This document shows, one piece after another, positions 61,224 to 64,000 of a stretch of 64,000 nucleotides of DNA. The DNA is from Silvanigrellaceae bacterium (GTDB taxonomy: Bacteria; Bdellovibrionota_B; Oligoflexia; Silvanigrellales; Silvanigrellaceae). Both the position numbers and the translations under genes were made by a program. The notes beneath the pieces are model-generated. The model made no database searches. It saw nothing but the letters and a program-made list of their open reading frames with translations, and had not been told where the DNA came from. Location: NCBI GenBank assembly GCA_049423385.1, contig JBMSQQ010000002.1, positions 1 to 64,000 of the forward strand, in the 5' to 3' direction. How positions within the stretch are numbered: position 1 is the first letter of the stretch; each line of letters opens with the position of its first letter.

Positions 61224-62705
61224 ATGTCGAATCAGATCACGTTGAGCATCAACAATCAATCAGTCACGGTTCCGGCCGGCAGCACCATCATGGAAGCAGC
61301 GCAAAAGGCCGGCGTGGCTGTTCCGCACTTTTGTTGGCACCCAGGCTTGTCCATCGCCGGTGTTTGTCGTTTTTGCATGGTGAAAGTTGAAGGCATGCCC
61401 AAGCTTCAAATCGCCTGCAATACTCCGGCCAGTGAAGGCATGAAGGTCGACACGGTTTCCGATGAGGTCAAGGACACCCACAAATGGGCTCTTGAGTTCC
61501 ACCTCATCAACCACCCGTTGGATTGTCCGATCTGCGACCAGGCCGGTGAATGTGAATTGCAAAATTACTACATGAAAGTCGGCAAGTATCAGTCGCAAAT
61601 GGAAGACCAGAAGGTTCTCAAGCCGAAGGCACTCGACGTTGGCGACACGCTTGTTCTCGACACCGAGCGCTGTATTTTGTGTTCGCGTTGCGTCCGGTTT
61701 GAAGACGAGGTTACCAAGACCAGCACACTTGGAATATTCAACCGCGGCGATCAGGCAACGATCGGTACTTATGGCGATCGCAAAATCAAGCACAACTACA
61801 GCTACAACCTCGCGGACATTTGTCCCGTGGGTGCATTCACGGCCAAGGATTTCCGTTTCAAATGCCGCGTGTGGTTCCTCAAGGAAACCAAAACCATTTG
61901 TCCGGGATGTTCAACCGGCTGCAATGTGAATCTATTTCAAAACGGAAATCAGCGTGAATATTATCGCCTGAAGCCACGCCACAACTCAGACGTGAATGGC
62001 CACTGGATGTGCGACAAAGGTCGTTTGATGTACGAGCACCTCAATGCATCATCACGTTTGGCTGCGCCGGTTCTTTCCGGACAGAACGTGACTTCCGCTG
62101 CAGCAATGCAAGCGCTTGCCGACGCGAGCAAGGGCGTGTCAGCCGACAAGGTTGCGGTTGTGTTGACGGCTCAATACACCAACGAAGAGTACGCGGCTGT
62201 CGCGGCCGGTGTGAAGTCGTTGTTCAAAGGTTCAGCCAAAATTTATGTTTGGCGCGACGAATCCGAGAAAGCCGAGGACTTCGATGGCATCCTCTATCGC
62301 GGTGACCACAATCCCAACACCCGCGGGATGAACGATGTGCTCAAGGAACAAGGTTTGGCTCCCACCATTCTCAAGGGAGATTTCGCTGCTCTGGCACTCG
62401 CTGCGCCAGAATTGACCCTCGTGTTCGGACCAGAAGTGGAATCTGCATATCCGAATTTGAAGGGCGCCTTGGGCCGATTCGGCGAGTTGAAGAAAGTCGC
62501 CTATTTCGGAAACAGCTTGAATGACGCTGCCAAGAAGTTCTGGCTGAGAATGCCGGTCAAAACTTTTGCGGAGAAGAACGGAACCTTTGTCAATTTCAAT
62601 GGAGTTGCCCAGAAACTCAAGGCAAATGCGCCTGTGTTCCCTGCGGTGAAGGCTGTCGATGAATATGTGGGCGATCTGAGCAAACTTGCTCAGGCGTCTG
62701 TTTGA
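61224..62705 (+). CDS. nuoG: NADH-quinone oxidoreductase subunit G (short form)
   Basis: PHFCWHP..CRFC, NHPLDCPICDQAGEC, RCILCSRC, CPVGA, CPGCSTGC..CDKG. Confidence 0.92.
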   Translation: MSNQITLSINNQSVTVPAGSTIMEAAQKAGVAVPHFCWHPGLSIAGVCRFCMVKVEGMPKLQIACNTPASEGMKVDTVSDEVKDTHKWALEFHLINHPLDCPICDQAGECELQNYYMKVGKYQSQMEDQKVLKPKALDVGDTLVLDTERCILCSRCVRFEDEVTKTSTLGIFNRGDQATIGTYGDRKIKHNYSYNLADICPVGAFTAKDFRFKCRVWFLKETKTICPGCSTGCNVNLFQNGNQREYYRLKPRHNSDVNGHWMCDKGRLMYEHLNASSRLAAPVLSGQNVTSAAAMQALADASKGVSADKVAVVLTAQYTNEEYAAVAAGVKSLFKGSAKIYVWRDESEKAEDFDGILYRGDHNPNTRGMNDVLKEQGLAPTILKGDFAALALAAPELTLVFGPEVESAYPNLKGALGRFGELKKVAYFGNSLNDAAKKFWLRMPVKTFAEKNGTFVNFNGVAQKLKANAPVFPAVKAVDEYVGDLSKLAQASV

Positions 62706-62724
62706 AAAGCGGGGAAAATGACGC

Positions 62725-63315
62725 ATGGCATTCGTGAACGTCTCTCGAGATCCCGAGCGCAATTTCAAGAATGGATATCTGGCAACATCATTGTTGGGGT
62801 TGGGCACGACGCTTGTCACCTTCACCAAACAAGTGTTTGGCCTTGAGGAATCCAACACCGTTCAATGGCCGGAAGTTGAATACCAATATTCCGAGCGTTT
62901 CAAGGGAGCCCACTTCCTGACCAAACGTCCCGACGGCCGCGTGCGCTGCACGGCGTGCTTTTTGTGTGCAACAAACTGCCCAGCGCAGTGCATCACGATT
63001 GTTGCCGGTGAAAGCCCCGACCATGGTGTTGAAAAGTACCCTGTGCGCTTTGAGATCGACATTCTTCGTTGTGTGTTCTGCGGCTATTGTGAAGAGGCTT
63101 GCCCTGTGGATGCCATTCGCATGGGGCCGGAATACTCAATGGCAGGCATGGCAGAGCAAAAATGGGTGTACACCAAAGACTACCTGCTCGAGCGGGAGGC
63201 GCTGAAGCGCAAGGTTGGCGAACGCCAGGTGTCCAAGAAAGATGAAAATACAAAGCATGATACGGTTCAGAGCTCACTGCCTGGCATTCATCTGGGTCAC
63301 ACCGACGGACACTGA
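62725..63315 (+). CDS. nuoI: NADH-quinone oxidoreductase subunit I
   Basis: CTACFLCATNCP and RCVFCGYCEEACPVDAI. Confidence 0.93.
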   Translation: MAFVNVSRDPERNFKNGYLATSLLGLGTTLVTFTKQVFGLEESNTVQWPEVEYQYSERFKGAHFLTKRPDGRVRCTACFLCATNCPAQCITIVAGESPDHGVEKYPVRFEIDILRCVFCGYCEEACPVDAIRMGPEYSMAGMAEQKWVYTKDYLLEREALKRKVGERQVSKKDENTKHDTVQSSLPGIHLGHTDGH

Positions 63316-63337
63316 TTTCAAAGACCATTGTTGAATT

Positions 63338-64000
63338 TTAAAACGGAGCTGGCGAAAAATTCGCCGGCTTTATTATTTCTTCTGTCTTGCCAGGGGGAGT
63401 CCAAAACAATTGCAGAGCAATTTCAGTGGCAGGACCCTGGAAGTATTGAATGCGCAGATCATGGGAGCCAGCGTTGAGATTCGCACCACCCTGTTTGGAC
63501 GATGGAGAATGTTGGCCGTCGTGGTTGATGATCATATTGCCGTCGATGAACAATATGGCTCCATCGTCGCTGAGGAGTCTAAAGTTGTATTGGCCAGCGG
63601 TGCCGACAATCAGTTTGGCACGGGCATCAAGAGCGAACCACTCAAACAGATTCGGAACTCCGGGAAATCCATTGGTGAAGTCGCGCACCGGAACGTCGAA
63701 ATGGGTCATGCAGATTTTGGTCGCATAGGTGCCATTGGCAAATTCCTTGGCCAGACTCTCAGCGCCACTCTTCAGTTTGTAGACTTTTGCAGTGATCGGC
63801 TGCGTTGCACTTGCAACTTCATTTTCCTTGCATGTCTGAAAAGGATCTCCAGGATTTGATGTTGGAGGTGGCGTTGCGTTTGCAGTCGCGTTGACGGTTG
63901 GCGATGGTGTCGCTGTCGCGACGGCTTTTGCCACTGCTTCTTGGTTGGCATTGGCTTTTGGTGTGGAAGTTTTTGAAGTGGGTCTTTCGTAGTTTGCCGT
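63338..64000 (-). CDS. PA14-domain protein, 5' end outside the window
   Basis: Frame stays open to base 64000; T/P/A linker; GFPG..EWF, SDDGA.L.IDG..IINHDGQH, YFQGP, LQLFWTPP. Confidence 0.85.
   Translation of the reverse strand, partial: TANYERPTSKTSTPKANANQEAVAKAVATATPSPTVNATANATPPPTSNPGDPFQTCKENEVASATQPITAKVYKLKSGAESLAKEFANGTYATKICMTHFDVPVRDFTNGFPGVPNLFEWFALDARAKLIVGTAGQYNFRLLSDDGAILFIDGNMIINHDGQHSPSSKQGGANLNAGSHDLRIQYFQGPATEIALQLFWTPPGKTEEIIKPANFSPAPF

Overview
Chromosomal window of a Gram-negative bacterium, about 50% GC by eye. Gene content and protein style (many lipoproteins, DUF3015/DUF4105 pair, type III glutamine synthetase, short NuoG, CheX) suggest Bdellovibrionota/Oligoflexia or a related former deltaproteobacterial lineage; this is an inference, not a database result. 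Housekeeping blocks: rpsU-dnaG-rpoD, folB, rocD, rho-pheS-pheT, speD, glnA (type III), lon, panP, ubiG, tatD, a YrdC/YciO-family gene and a partial complex I cluster (nuoCD-E-F-G-I). They are interspersed with signalling and envelope genes. I saw no tRNA, rRNA, CRISPR array, IS or prophage. Best leads: (1) a translationally coupled three-gene operon with four degenerate FHA domains, linking a vWA-like membrane protein to an FHA-TM-lytic transglycosylase fusion; (2) a FIST/NosP - hybrid kinase - receiver - adenylate cyclase operon whose receiver gene is broken; (3) a zinc peptidase with an internal C-terminal-type sorting signal directly followed by a lipoprotein signal (possible polyprotein); (4) sigma28-like promoter elements ahead of five lipoprotein genes, including a perfectly spaced divergent pair; (5) large disordered extensions on Rho (Q/G/H-rich) and RpoD (K/A-rich, region 1.1 apparently absent); (6) tandem DUF3015 genes plus an Lnb-like DUF4105 protein; (7) a catalytically dead hybrid kinase.
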